Positions 1-8,728 of a DNA stretch of 64,000 nucleotides are shown here, piece by piece. Every line of letters starts with the position of its first letter. The stretch's first letter is position 1. The notes beneath the pieces were generated by a model. That model did no database searches, was not told the DNA's origin, and saw nothing but the letters and a program-made list of their open reading frames with translations. Origin of the DNA: Gekko japonicus (Eukaryota); assembly GCF_001447785.1 (NCBI RefSeq), contig NW_015167083.1, forward strand, positions 536,873 to 600,872. Direction: 5' to 3'. A program made the position numbers and the translations under genes.

Positions 1-479
1 CTCCTAGAACCATTTGGACACCTACTCTCAGACAAGTGCCTGTGGGATAAAGGGCCTGTTAAGTCTCCAGAAATGCCTCTTAAACATTCAGTGTTGGGAA
101 ATGCAGTACATTATTTGCCCCCACCTGAGGCAGTGCCAGACCCTTATGCCCATGGAGCAAACTGCAGCCTCTGTTTGTAAAATGGTGGTCCCCGTGATCG
201 GAACGACAAAATTCTATTAGTAAGATAATAGGCTAGAAAAGGCAGGACAGACAAGGGAAGGGAAGAGTGAGGAAAAGAGGAGGGAGAGCAAAGTGACATA
301 ATTTATATATAAGGTGTATAAAAGACCAGGCTGTTCTTTCTTTGGTGACAGTGGAGCAACTATCCTACATGCCCTGTTTTTTACACAAAAAATATTACAT
401 GGTGGAGTGGATTCAACCATCTTCCAAAGAGCCTTCCTACAGTCTAAGGAGGCTTCTTCTAGTTAAAGTGGCCCTTCTT

Positions 480-690
480 CCGGTGGAAGAGCCACTTAGG
501 TTGAAAGAGAGCTCCTTGAGTAAGAGGAAGGCTTCAGTCTTTGCTCAGAGGAGTGATAGGGTAGGGGTACAATCCACTCTGATGTCTGTTTTAGGTCTTA
601 ATTAAAGGTGTAACATGGCTTCTCTCTGTTGTGAACCGCCCTGAGCCCATCATGAGACAGGGCAGGATATAAGTGCAATAAATAACTGAA
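480..690 (+). mobile_element. L2-type LINE 3' end fragment
   Basis: Ends tgtgaaccgccctgagcc...gggcaggatataagtgcaataaataa, the squamate L2 tail. Confidence 0.6.
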
Positions 691-1506
691 TAAGTAGCCC
701 TTTTTCTTCTGTGTGGTGCCAGAGTCCAGAGTGACCTTTCCTTTTCTATTTTCAGAGCAACCGTGAGTTGGAGCTGGTTCTTTATGGCAGGCAGGGTCAG
801 AGAAAGTAGTCCCTACCACTGGTTCCTTGGGTGGTGGAGGTGGGTCTTCTCTGCCTTTCCTGCCCCTCAGGTGCCCCCTGAGATTCCTGAAGAGGCATTG
901 CAGATCACTTTGCTCCCTGTTCCATCAGTGGAACATTGAACATTCACAACTTTTGACCAAGTATCACCATCTACAGCTCCTTGGAGGAAGTAATGGCAAT
1001 TTAATCTTTTCCCAAACCAGTTCATTGTGTAGATATGCCCTTAACCCTCAAAATTTGCAAAGTATTGTGGCAGATGGTTGTGCATGATGGCTTTTATAGG
1101 AAAGACAATCATATAGCAGTAAGAAAGGGCCCGCACATGACAATATTACTAATATTAATAATTATTCCAAATTGACTATTTCCTGAAAGGACTAGATTTT
1201 TCCTCTGATATTCCACGTTGACCTACATTCATGTAAATGCTGAAGACTGCTAGGAAAATGCAGCAATTTTTTAAAAAAGTGCTACAGAGTTAGATACAGA
1301 GACTTGAATATTTTATAACAGCCTGTATAATATGTCTTACATTATCCCAGTGACATATACTTGGCTTCCATCTATGTTCCATCACAAGGGAGTACTACGT
1401 TTTCAGCAACAATATGCTGTGCAGCTTGCAAGCTGAACTGTGCAGTAGCAGGATGTTCCAGGGCTGCATTTTCTACCTAAAGATAGGATGATCAGAAATA
1501 TTGTCA

Positions 1507-1850
1507 TTATTTATTTATTTATGTAATTCGAATTGTATCCCACCCTACCCGCTGAGGCAGGCTCAGGGCAGCTGTCATTAAAAAGTTAAAATGCATTAAA
1601 ACGCAATACATCATCATAAAAGCTCATAAACATAAACAAATCACGAATACAACTATAGTGCTGTTAAAGTGCTGATGGCGATAGAATCCCACTAGACCAT
1701 GATAGAATGATAACAAGTATGGCCACAGTCAGTGTCCAATGTATCACTGGCTGTTGGCGTTGATATAAAGGGCCTTAGTTGTTATTGGTAGCGGCTCCTA
1801 TTCGAAGGCCTGGTGGAAGAGCTCCGTTTTGCAGGCCCTGCGGACTTTTA
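1507..1850 (-). mobile_element. L2-type LINE 3' end fragment
   Basis: (ttta)n tail, cccaccctacccgc...ggctcagggc, and aggcctggtggaagagctccgttttgcaggccctg, which matches the ORF end of the L2 at 45681-47455. Confidence 0.75.
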
Positions 1851-2465
1851 CAAGACTATCAAGATGGGGACAGTTATATCTATGTGATTTACAGTGCAAT
1901 GATAATTCAATGGGCTCAGAATGGCGCTGTCACTCATTTTAAAGTTGCAACACACTGTTCATTTGTTTATCAAATTTCTACCTTTTCCTCCCAGCCAGAT
2001 CTGGCCCTTTGTTGCAGTCTTTGCAGGGTCCTGCCTTAGAACAATAAAAAAACAACAACAAACACATCTACATTATTTATGGATGACAAGGAAATGTAGT
2101 CTGAATTGCCCTAGAGAAGCAATAATTATTTTGTATTTCAGACACCTTTAATGATTCCAACATGTTTTTACAATGTTATGCTTAATTTTTTTGCATGGTG
2201 TTTCATAAATTATTCAGTTTCCCATGCTTCAAAGTGTCATTTCTGTAATTCCTCAATATTTCTTGCAACAAATGTATGTAACAGTAGCATACTGTTTTTT
2301 ATAATAGAAAAACTATTGTAGGTGAATGGACTGGGAATTGAGAAGAAATGGGGAGGGAGGGCATTGAACTCCCTACTGCAGATTGTCCCACAGTGACTTT
2401 TCTCTCCCAAGTGTTTGGCTTCCAGCTTATCCGAGCTGGGTAAGGCATCCAACAGCAATGCAGCG

Positions 2466-2877
2466 TTGCTGGCGCAGGGCTTAGTAAGGAGAGGTCCTGC
2501 TGAGATCCAAAATAAACACACCACACAACAATTTTGGAATAAAGAACAGGCCACAGCTTTTATTGAACAAGGAAAATTGGCGAAGCATGGGGGTGGATCC
2601 TGGAAAATCGAGCAACCCAACTGCCGCCTGATAACCACGTCCCTCAGCCCGCCTGCTGAGGGAAAACCCAGGAGTGACAAATACTACTGGTATCACAAGG
2701 GCGGCTGCCTCTGCGTGGTACCAATTTGACACCTGGGGTGAGCCTGGCACAGCCCTCGAGATGGGCCTACTGCGTATTGGCTCAAACCCCCAGACCCCTT
2801 AAGGGGGTACCCAAAAAGGGGGAGGTGGACACGCAGGGCCGTCTCCCCGAAAAGGATCCACCCCAGATGCGCAAAAA
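2466..2877 (-). repeat. Ngaro terminal repeat B2, unique poly(A)-signal segment, and C2
   Basis: Copy of B1/C1 with an extra ~120 bp (2501-2620) that carries a minus-strand AATAAA at ~2563 and a GT-rich tract downstream. Confidence 0.85.
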
Positions 2878-2937
2878 CTGCCAACTGTGATAATAACAAA
2901 CTTAGAGAAACTTTTAAACCCAGGGAGGGTGGGTGGG

Positions 2938-3135
2938 GATCCGATGAAAACCGCACTGCCATGCTTCACTGGCAGTGTTGCTTAAATCTCCCAGGCAGGC
3001 TCTACGTCATCACTACGTAGAGCCCGCCAAATTCAAGACCAATCAGCTTCCCCCCCCCAGCTGGCGTGGAGCCAGCCAACGCGGTTGTCCCAGTGTCACG
3101 CCTCTGCTGGCCATTAGACCAAAAAAAGGGGGGGG
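2938..3135 (-). repeat. Ngaro split direct repeat A2
   Basis: gatccgatgaaaaccgcactgcc...ccattagacc-aaaa-gggg matches 7230-7425. Confidence 0.9.
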
Positions 3136-3201
3136 AAGACCTCCTCCAGTCCTCCTTTGCTCACGCAGCAATCCGGCCTTTCAGGTAAGTCTCGGCCGTG
3201 T

Positions 3202-3497
3202 TTGCTGGCGCAGGGCTTAGTAAGGAGAGGTCCTGCCCGCCTGCCACCCGATAACCACGTCCCTCAGCCCGCCTGCTGAGGGAAAACCCAGGAGTGACAA
3301 ATACTACTGGTTTCACAAGGGCGGCTGGCTCTGTGTGGTACCAATTTGACACCTGAGGTGAGCCTGGCACAGCCCCCGAAATGGGCCTACTGCGTATTGG
3401 CTCAACCCCCCAGATCCCTTAAGGGGGTACCCAAAAAGGGGAAGGTGGACATGCAGGGCCGTCTCTCTGAAAAGGATCCACCCCAGATGCGCAAAAA
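3202..3497 (-). repeat. Ngaro internal repeat B1 plus C1
   Basis: 3241-3497 matches 2621-2877 (offset 620). 3202-3236 is identical to 2466-2500 (35 bp). Confidence 0.9.
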
Positions 3498-3548
3498 CCA
3501 CCACTGAGCAAAGGGAGGGAACCCCCCCCTTTGCTCCCGCCAAAGCTC

Positions 3549-4106
3549 CTAAGCCTGAAGCCAACGAAGCAGGGCATCTTGAATGCTGAACAACCATGTG
3601 TCCATTCCCCATTCTGATAGGTGAATCCCATCCCCCCTGTACAGAAACTCATGCCTAAAAGAAGGATGACAGATCCTCCTAAAGCCACGGCAATGCTTCC
3701 TGCATACTTGCTAACGTTTCGTTTTGCTAGGTCCACTCTCTCTGGGTTGATAGCTGCTCTCCAATCTTGACGTTCCAAGAGCTCTGACCAGAATAACCGG
3801 GTGTGAGGAAAGCGTGCAGATAGGATCTCAAGATCTGCTGCAATTGCATGATGTAATTCAGAACCCTTTTTGGCTGGAAATAATTCTCTCCAAGCTGGAT
3901 AATTAGGGCATCGGGTGGGCCGTGCACAAAAACCTGCTGAGCTACCACTTCCAAGAGGGAAGCCCAATGCATTCCCCTCTGGCCCACCCATGTAATTCGC
4001 AGGTGTTTTCCAAGGCCCACTGATTCCCCCCAGCCAGAGACAGCAGTGTACCAACCAGCCCAGTAGACAATACTGTGCCCTACAATCCAGACCTTTCTGA
4101 GCGGAC
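3549..4106 (-). pseudogene. SGNH/GDSL-type hydrolase ORF of the Ngaro element (two frameshifts)
   Basis: Block I VWIVGHSIVYWA, block II G (QRGMHW), block III LIIQLGEN, middle segment RFPHTRLFWSELL (ORF 3419-4054 frame). Block V LYRGDGIHLSEWG read manually at ~3645-3605, ending in TAG at 3551-3549. Confidence 0.85.
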
Positions 4107-4132
4107 CTGCATAGATGAATACAAGCAAAACA

Positions 4133-4597
4133 TTAAGCCAAATGTGGACGAATGTATGATCGAAAGGTAGCTGAGCGCCAGCGACCGATAGCCTGAATTT
4201 TGGAGGCCGGTAGGCCCAAGGTAGATACAGTGGTAGTGGCACCAGTCCGAAAGGAGTGAGTGCCATATTCTAAAGATGGCAGCCCCAGGTGCTCCAAGCA
4301 TTTTCGCAACACACTTGCAAACTGATATCTAGATAGGCAGCACCTGTTGGAATGAATGAAAAATGCACCCACGATAGGTGGCTGGATGGACATGTAATGG
4401 CGAACGCTTTTTACTGGGCAGGGGACCCCAGGAGGACCTTGAGCCAGAGTGATTAAGGTACCTTTGCCTTGCTGGTCAGTTTTGGAATGGCGTAGCACAA
4501 TGTGGAGTTTTTCCTTGCTGACCTTTATGTCTTTAAGTGAAAGCTGCAGATTGTCAGAACTGTGCCGGGAGGAAGCACAGATTTCCCACACAGCGCT
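4133..4597 (-). pseudogene. Tyrosine recombinase catalytic domain, N-terminally deleted
   Basis: SKTDQ (K), CPV, HSFRTGA (H-x-x-R), IGRWRS (W) and SYIR (Y): DIRS/Ngaro YR signature. Confidence 0.93.
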
Positions 4598-5451
4598 GAG
4601 GTGCCCCAATAGGGATTGCATCTCCCTCAGCATGCATTTTGTAGATGCCAGCATTTTCTGCAGGAATTTGCGAAGGGAAGAAAGTTTATCCTCAGGAAGT
4701 CTAGACATGCCCAATTCCGAATCTAGTAATATGCCCAAATATGTCAGCTGTGTTGTAGGACCCTCAGTTTTATCCTTTGCAAGGGGAATTCCTAATTAAT
4801 CTGCCAATGACTGAAAGGTAGCCAGGTAAAAGGCACACTCTGGGGAACCAGATGGACCAATAAACAGGAAATCATCTAAATAATGTGGGGTATTTGCTCT
4901 TCCTTTTGCTACAAATTCCAAAAAAGAACTAAAGGCCTCAAAAGTAGCAACGGCTACAGAGCATCCCATGGGCATGGCTTTATCCACGTACCATAGGCCA
5001 TCCAGCTTGAAACCCAGCAGGCAGAAATCAGCTGGGTGAACAGGTAATAAGCAGAAACCTGATTGGATGTCACATTTTGCAATGAGGGCACCAGGGCCAC
5101 AGGACTGGACTAAACAAACAGCCTGATCAAAAGATGCATACTTAACTGAACAGAGTTCTGGTGGAATAAAATCATTAACTGATGAAAGAGTATGAAAGAT
5201 TATGTATAAGGCGGAATTCCCCTGGGGCCTTCTTGAACCACCCCCAGTGATGAAACCCTGAGATTAATGAATGGAGGGGCTGAAAAAGGTCCTGCAATCC
5301 TGCCCTCGGCACATTCCTTTGCCACCTTCTTTCTGACCACCTCTGGTTGATCCCTCGCTGATTTAAGATTCCCACATACTGTGGTCAAATGTGGACCATC
5401 ATATTGGATCCTAAAACCTGACATGAAACTATCCTTCAAAAAGACTGCCAT
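4598..5451 (-). pseudogene. Ngaro reverse transcriptase; frameshifted, RNase H deleted
   Basis: Motifs GRIAGPF, FRLIHNLS, AKCDIQSGF.LLPVHP, DKAMPMGCS, HYLDDFLFIG, then thumb GILLDS...LREMQSLLGHL. Confidence 0.92.
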
Positions 5452-5545
5452 TTTTTAATTTGCATACAATGCAAGCAAAGGTTCCAGAGCCTGAAAGCGA
5501 ATTGGGGTGCGTGCCAAGGAAACAAGTGCATCCTTGTTAACTGTA

Positions 5546-6533
5546 TTATTTTGAACTGTTTGTAGTGTTGGAATTACCCAATCCTGCTTCCTTTTTCCCA
5601 CCGGCATTGGAAGAGGACCGGAATCCTCGAAAGGGCTGAGAACCACTGCGAGAGCATGACAGCCTGGGATGTGGGCCGAAACACGCATCACAATTATGAT
5701 CAAATTTGCATTTTGTGCGGCTACATTTTCCCTGATCGTACTCCCAGCACACTCTGCGGGGGCTTCCCATCTGAAACCAATCTTAGGCCTTGAATAAGCA
5801 GGCCTTGACTTTGCATGTGGACCCACTTTAACCAGCCAGATTTTATCATTAATGAGGTACCACCTGGCCACAGCGCTATAAGAGGCCCGTTTTTGAAAAG
5901 CCTCATCATATTCCATTGCTGTGGACTCATTGGCCATTGTGCGAGCCTTCAAAACATTTGCCATGTGATTGACCAAATGCCAGCCACGCTCAGGATATGA
6001 TGAAATCACCACCTCCATAAAGGCTGCATAGCCAGACATCCAATTTACGAAATTACGCTCCACTGCCATTTTAGAATTATTTTTTTCCCTGACAAATGAA
6101 TGCCCGGAGGGGGGTATTCTGCATTGCTAAAGGCCAGAGTAGCTCTGCTAGCATCTTGCAGTTCCGATCCCCATACCGCACCAGGACCTGCTCCCTCCCC
6201 TCTATGCTTCCAGGCCCAAGGTGGTAAACTAGGAACGTGTGCTCCTTTCCCCCAATAATCCCCCTTCGCATGTGTGGAATCCTCATCAGAGGCAGACTCA
6301 CCTGATGAGTCATTGCTGGCTTCTCCATGCTCCCGAGCTGACCATGACTTGCCCTTCCTGGAGGACATCTGTTTACGCTTTGGATGATTTTGGACATCCT
6401 CCTTGTCACTGGATGAGATGGACTCCACTGGAGAACGAGGCCTCTTAGGTCTGCTCTTACACCCTGGTGCGGTCTGCGTTGACTGTCCTTCCATCTTATC
6501 AAAACACTCAGAAAGGCACTCCAGTCTGCACAA
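5546..6533 (-). pseudogene. Ngaro ORF1 gag-like protein, frameshifted
   Basis: Successive ORFs 6045-6533, 5455-6069 and 5546-5770. C-terminal Cys/His finger CWEYDQGKCSRTKCKFDHNCDACFGPHPRLSC is typical of YR-retroelement gag. Lies immediately upstream of RT. Confidence 0.8.
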
Positions 6534-6594
6534 TGCCCATCAGAACAGTGGAACTATCGACTGCTGGTGTAGCAGCAGAAGCATAGCCCGGTGT

Positions 6595-6750
6595 CTTAGC
6601 CTCCAGCTCACCCGTCTCAGCTCAGGAAGGATTGCAGCAGAGCAAACCAATCCTTTCAGTAGCCAAATCGCTCAACCACAACCCTTTTACCAGTAGCTCA
6701 CCAAGTAGAATCTTTTTCTTACAAGACTCCACGGCTTAGAGGGAGCACTG
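6595..6750. mobile_element. Truncated hAT MITE fragment inside the Ngaro leader
   Basis: Homologous to the right part of 22558-22764, ending in the TIR gcttagagggagcactg. Confidence 0.75.
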
Positions 6751-7229
6751 ATTTCAGCTACCTTAAAATGATTAACAAAAGATAATTCCACCAATGAAAC
6801 ATAACAAGAAACCCTGACTCACCCCCAATGGAAATGCCTCAATGGTTTTTGCCAGCAGTTTCTGTGCACAGCCCCCCCTCTCGATGATCTCCCTTCCCAG
6901 CTCAGACCCGGCTGAGCTTCCCACTCCATGCAAACCCAGCAAAAAAGCTGCAGGAAAAATATGCTCAAACCAAAAACGGCCCCAGCCTGCGTTGCAAAGC
7001 CAGTCAACCAGCCAAAAAAGCCCCACTTCGCTGTGATAAAAGCGAAGGGGATCTACTTACCCTTGCACGAGGGCCACCAAAAGTTTTCCTGTGCTGCTGA
7101 TGCCTCAGAATGCTGAGCCAATCTGCTGCAGACCTCCGAGAGACCAGGAAGAGGAGGAGCAGCCGAGTCACACTGAGAGCAGCTGAATAGAAACTGAAAG
7201 CAAGCAGACGATCAGGAAGGGAAGTGATC

Positions 7230-7425
7230 GATCCAACGAAAACTGCACTGCCACGTTTCATTGGCAGCGCTGCTTAAATCTCCTGGGCAGGCTCTACATC
7301 ATCACTACATAGAGCCCACCCAAATTCAAGACCAATCAGCTCCCCCCCCCAAGCTGGCATAGAGCCAGCCAATGCGGTTGTCCCAGTTTCGCGCCTCTGC
7401 TGGCCATTAGACAAAAGGGGGGGGG
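7230..7425 (-). repeat. Ngaro split direct repeat A1 (promoter-like)
   Basis: Aligns by eye to 2938-3135. Contains CCAAT boxes and a ggctctac...gtagagcc-type palindrome. Confidence 0.9.
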
Positions 7426-7833
7426 CAAAGTAAAACAGCATCTTTTACAAAACTAGAAGTTTTAATTTAGACTAAAAAAAAGCTTTATAAAAGTCAATAA
7501 AAATATTTTGATGGATCAAGATGAAGAATAACAGGTAGATTCAATGTATCTACAAAAGCTTTATTCCATAGGCTACTTTGTAACATTAGAAAGTGCATAT
7601 AAAGAGTTTAATTTTTAAAATAGTGCTATAATTTTGTATTTTTCTATAATTCAATGCATCCTTTATATATTTTAGTAGAAATAACCCATAAAATGGCATT
7701 AAGAATGCTGTTATACAAGAATGCTGTTATATATACGTATCAATAAAAAGGAACCATATTTGTAACAGAACCGATAGATTTTACACTAAAAATGAACTCA
7801 GCCCCTTTGTGTGTAAAAGTTCATTCAAAGGTA

Positions 7834-7916
7834 AAGAAGAAGAAGAAGAAGAAGAAGAAGAAGAAGAAGAAGAAGAAGAAGAGGAGGAGGAGGAGGAGGA
7901 AGAGGAGGAGGAGGAG
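7834..7916. repeat. (GAA)n(GAG)n microsatellite, expanded SINE tail
   Basis: Direct trinucleotide run abutting the 3' end of a minus-strand SINE. Confidence 0.95.
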
Positions 7917-8155
7917 ATTGGATTTATACCCCGCCCTTCACTTGGAGTCTCAGAGCGGCTTACAAACTCCTTTCCCTTCCCCTCCCCACAACAGACACCC
8001 TGTGAGGTGGGTGGGGCTGAGAGAACTCTGACACAAACGGCTCTTTTTCAAGGACAGCTGTGCCAGAGCTTGTGACTGACCCAAGGTCACATCAGCAGGT
8101 GCAAGTGGTTCTCCCAGATTAGAGTTCGCACACTTAACCACTACACCAAACTGGC
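7916..8155 (-). mobile_element. Squam3-like (MIR/Ther1-derived, tRNA head, L2 tail) SINE
   Basis: Reverse complement of gccagtttggtgtagtggttaag...gggcggggtataaatccaatc; same family as 22201 and 49487. Confidence 0.85.
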
Positions 8156-8551
8156 AAGTTTGGGAGAGCGACCAAAGATGCATACATCCAAGATGGTTTG
8201 GGAGAGCGACCAAAGATGCATACATCATTTTTAATGAGATGAACACCTGCCTTGTAAGGCTGAAATACAGCCTCTTGTTTGTCAAACACTTGATAAATGA
8301 TTGTTCAAAGAAAGAAAACCAAACTGACCATGTACAGATGATGTCAACAATGATGTAAAGTTGGGAGGAGCAAGAAAAGCATATAAGCAAGATCCCTGCT
8401 GTTACTCACTGGACATCTGAGCTGAATCTTTGGCTGTAAGTTATCCCTTATTCGAATAAAACTTTCCCCCCTACCCTTTACTGTCTGGAATTGTCTGCTT
8501 CACTGTGTGGTTTATTGACTAGCCGCACAAGTCAAAGAAACTTAGCGCCCG

Positions 8552-8728
8552 TAGGGTGTTGCCTTCAAGACTACAGAGAACAATTCCCCTGGAGTGAATG
8601 AAAGCTTTGGAGAGTGGACTTTATGGCATCACTTCCCCACTGAGTGTCCTCCCATCCTCAAACTCTGCCCTCCCCAGGCACCAACCCCTAATCTCCAGGA
8701 ATTTCCAAAGTTGGTGATGGCAACCCTT
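8552..8728. mobile_element. Short MITE, hAT-Blackjack-like (agggttgcc...ggcaaccct termini)
   Basis: Family recurs at 14195-14342, 25240-25470, 44652-44841, 45020-45545 and 49070-49259. Confidence 0.6.

Larger units (their letters stand above)
2466..7425 (-). mobile_element. Ngaro-type (DIRS order) tyrosine-recombinase retrotransposon with split direct repeats; internally deleted and decayed
   Basis: Minus-strand order: A1 (7425-7230), gag, RT, YR, SGNH hydrolase, B1 (3497-3241), C1 (3236-3202), A2 (3135-2938), B2 (2877-2621), C2 (2500-2466). The A1-ORFs-B1-A2-B2 layout is the established Ngaro/PAT split-direct-repeat architecture. Confidence 0.93.

Noticed and set aside
2466-7425. DIRS1-type element or conventional LTR retrotransposon
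   Set aside because: Repeats are direct and split, not inverted. There is no integrase, PBS or TG...CA end, and no methyltransferase domain was seen.
7792-8075. ORFs with poly-K/R and poly-E tracts
   Set aside because: Translations of the (GAA)n(GAG)n SINE tail.
8159-8226. Short direct repeats resembling an array (also 34648-34770, 37288-37405, 51490-51790)
   Set aside because: Two-copy local tandem duplications without unique spacers; not CRISPR, and the context is eukaryotic.
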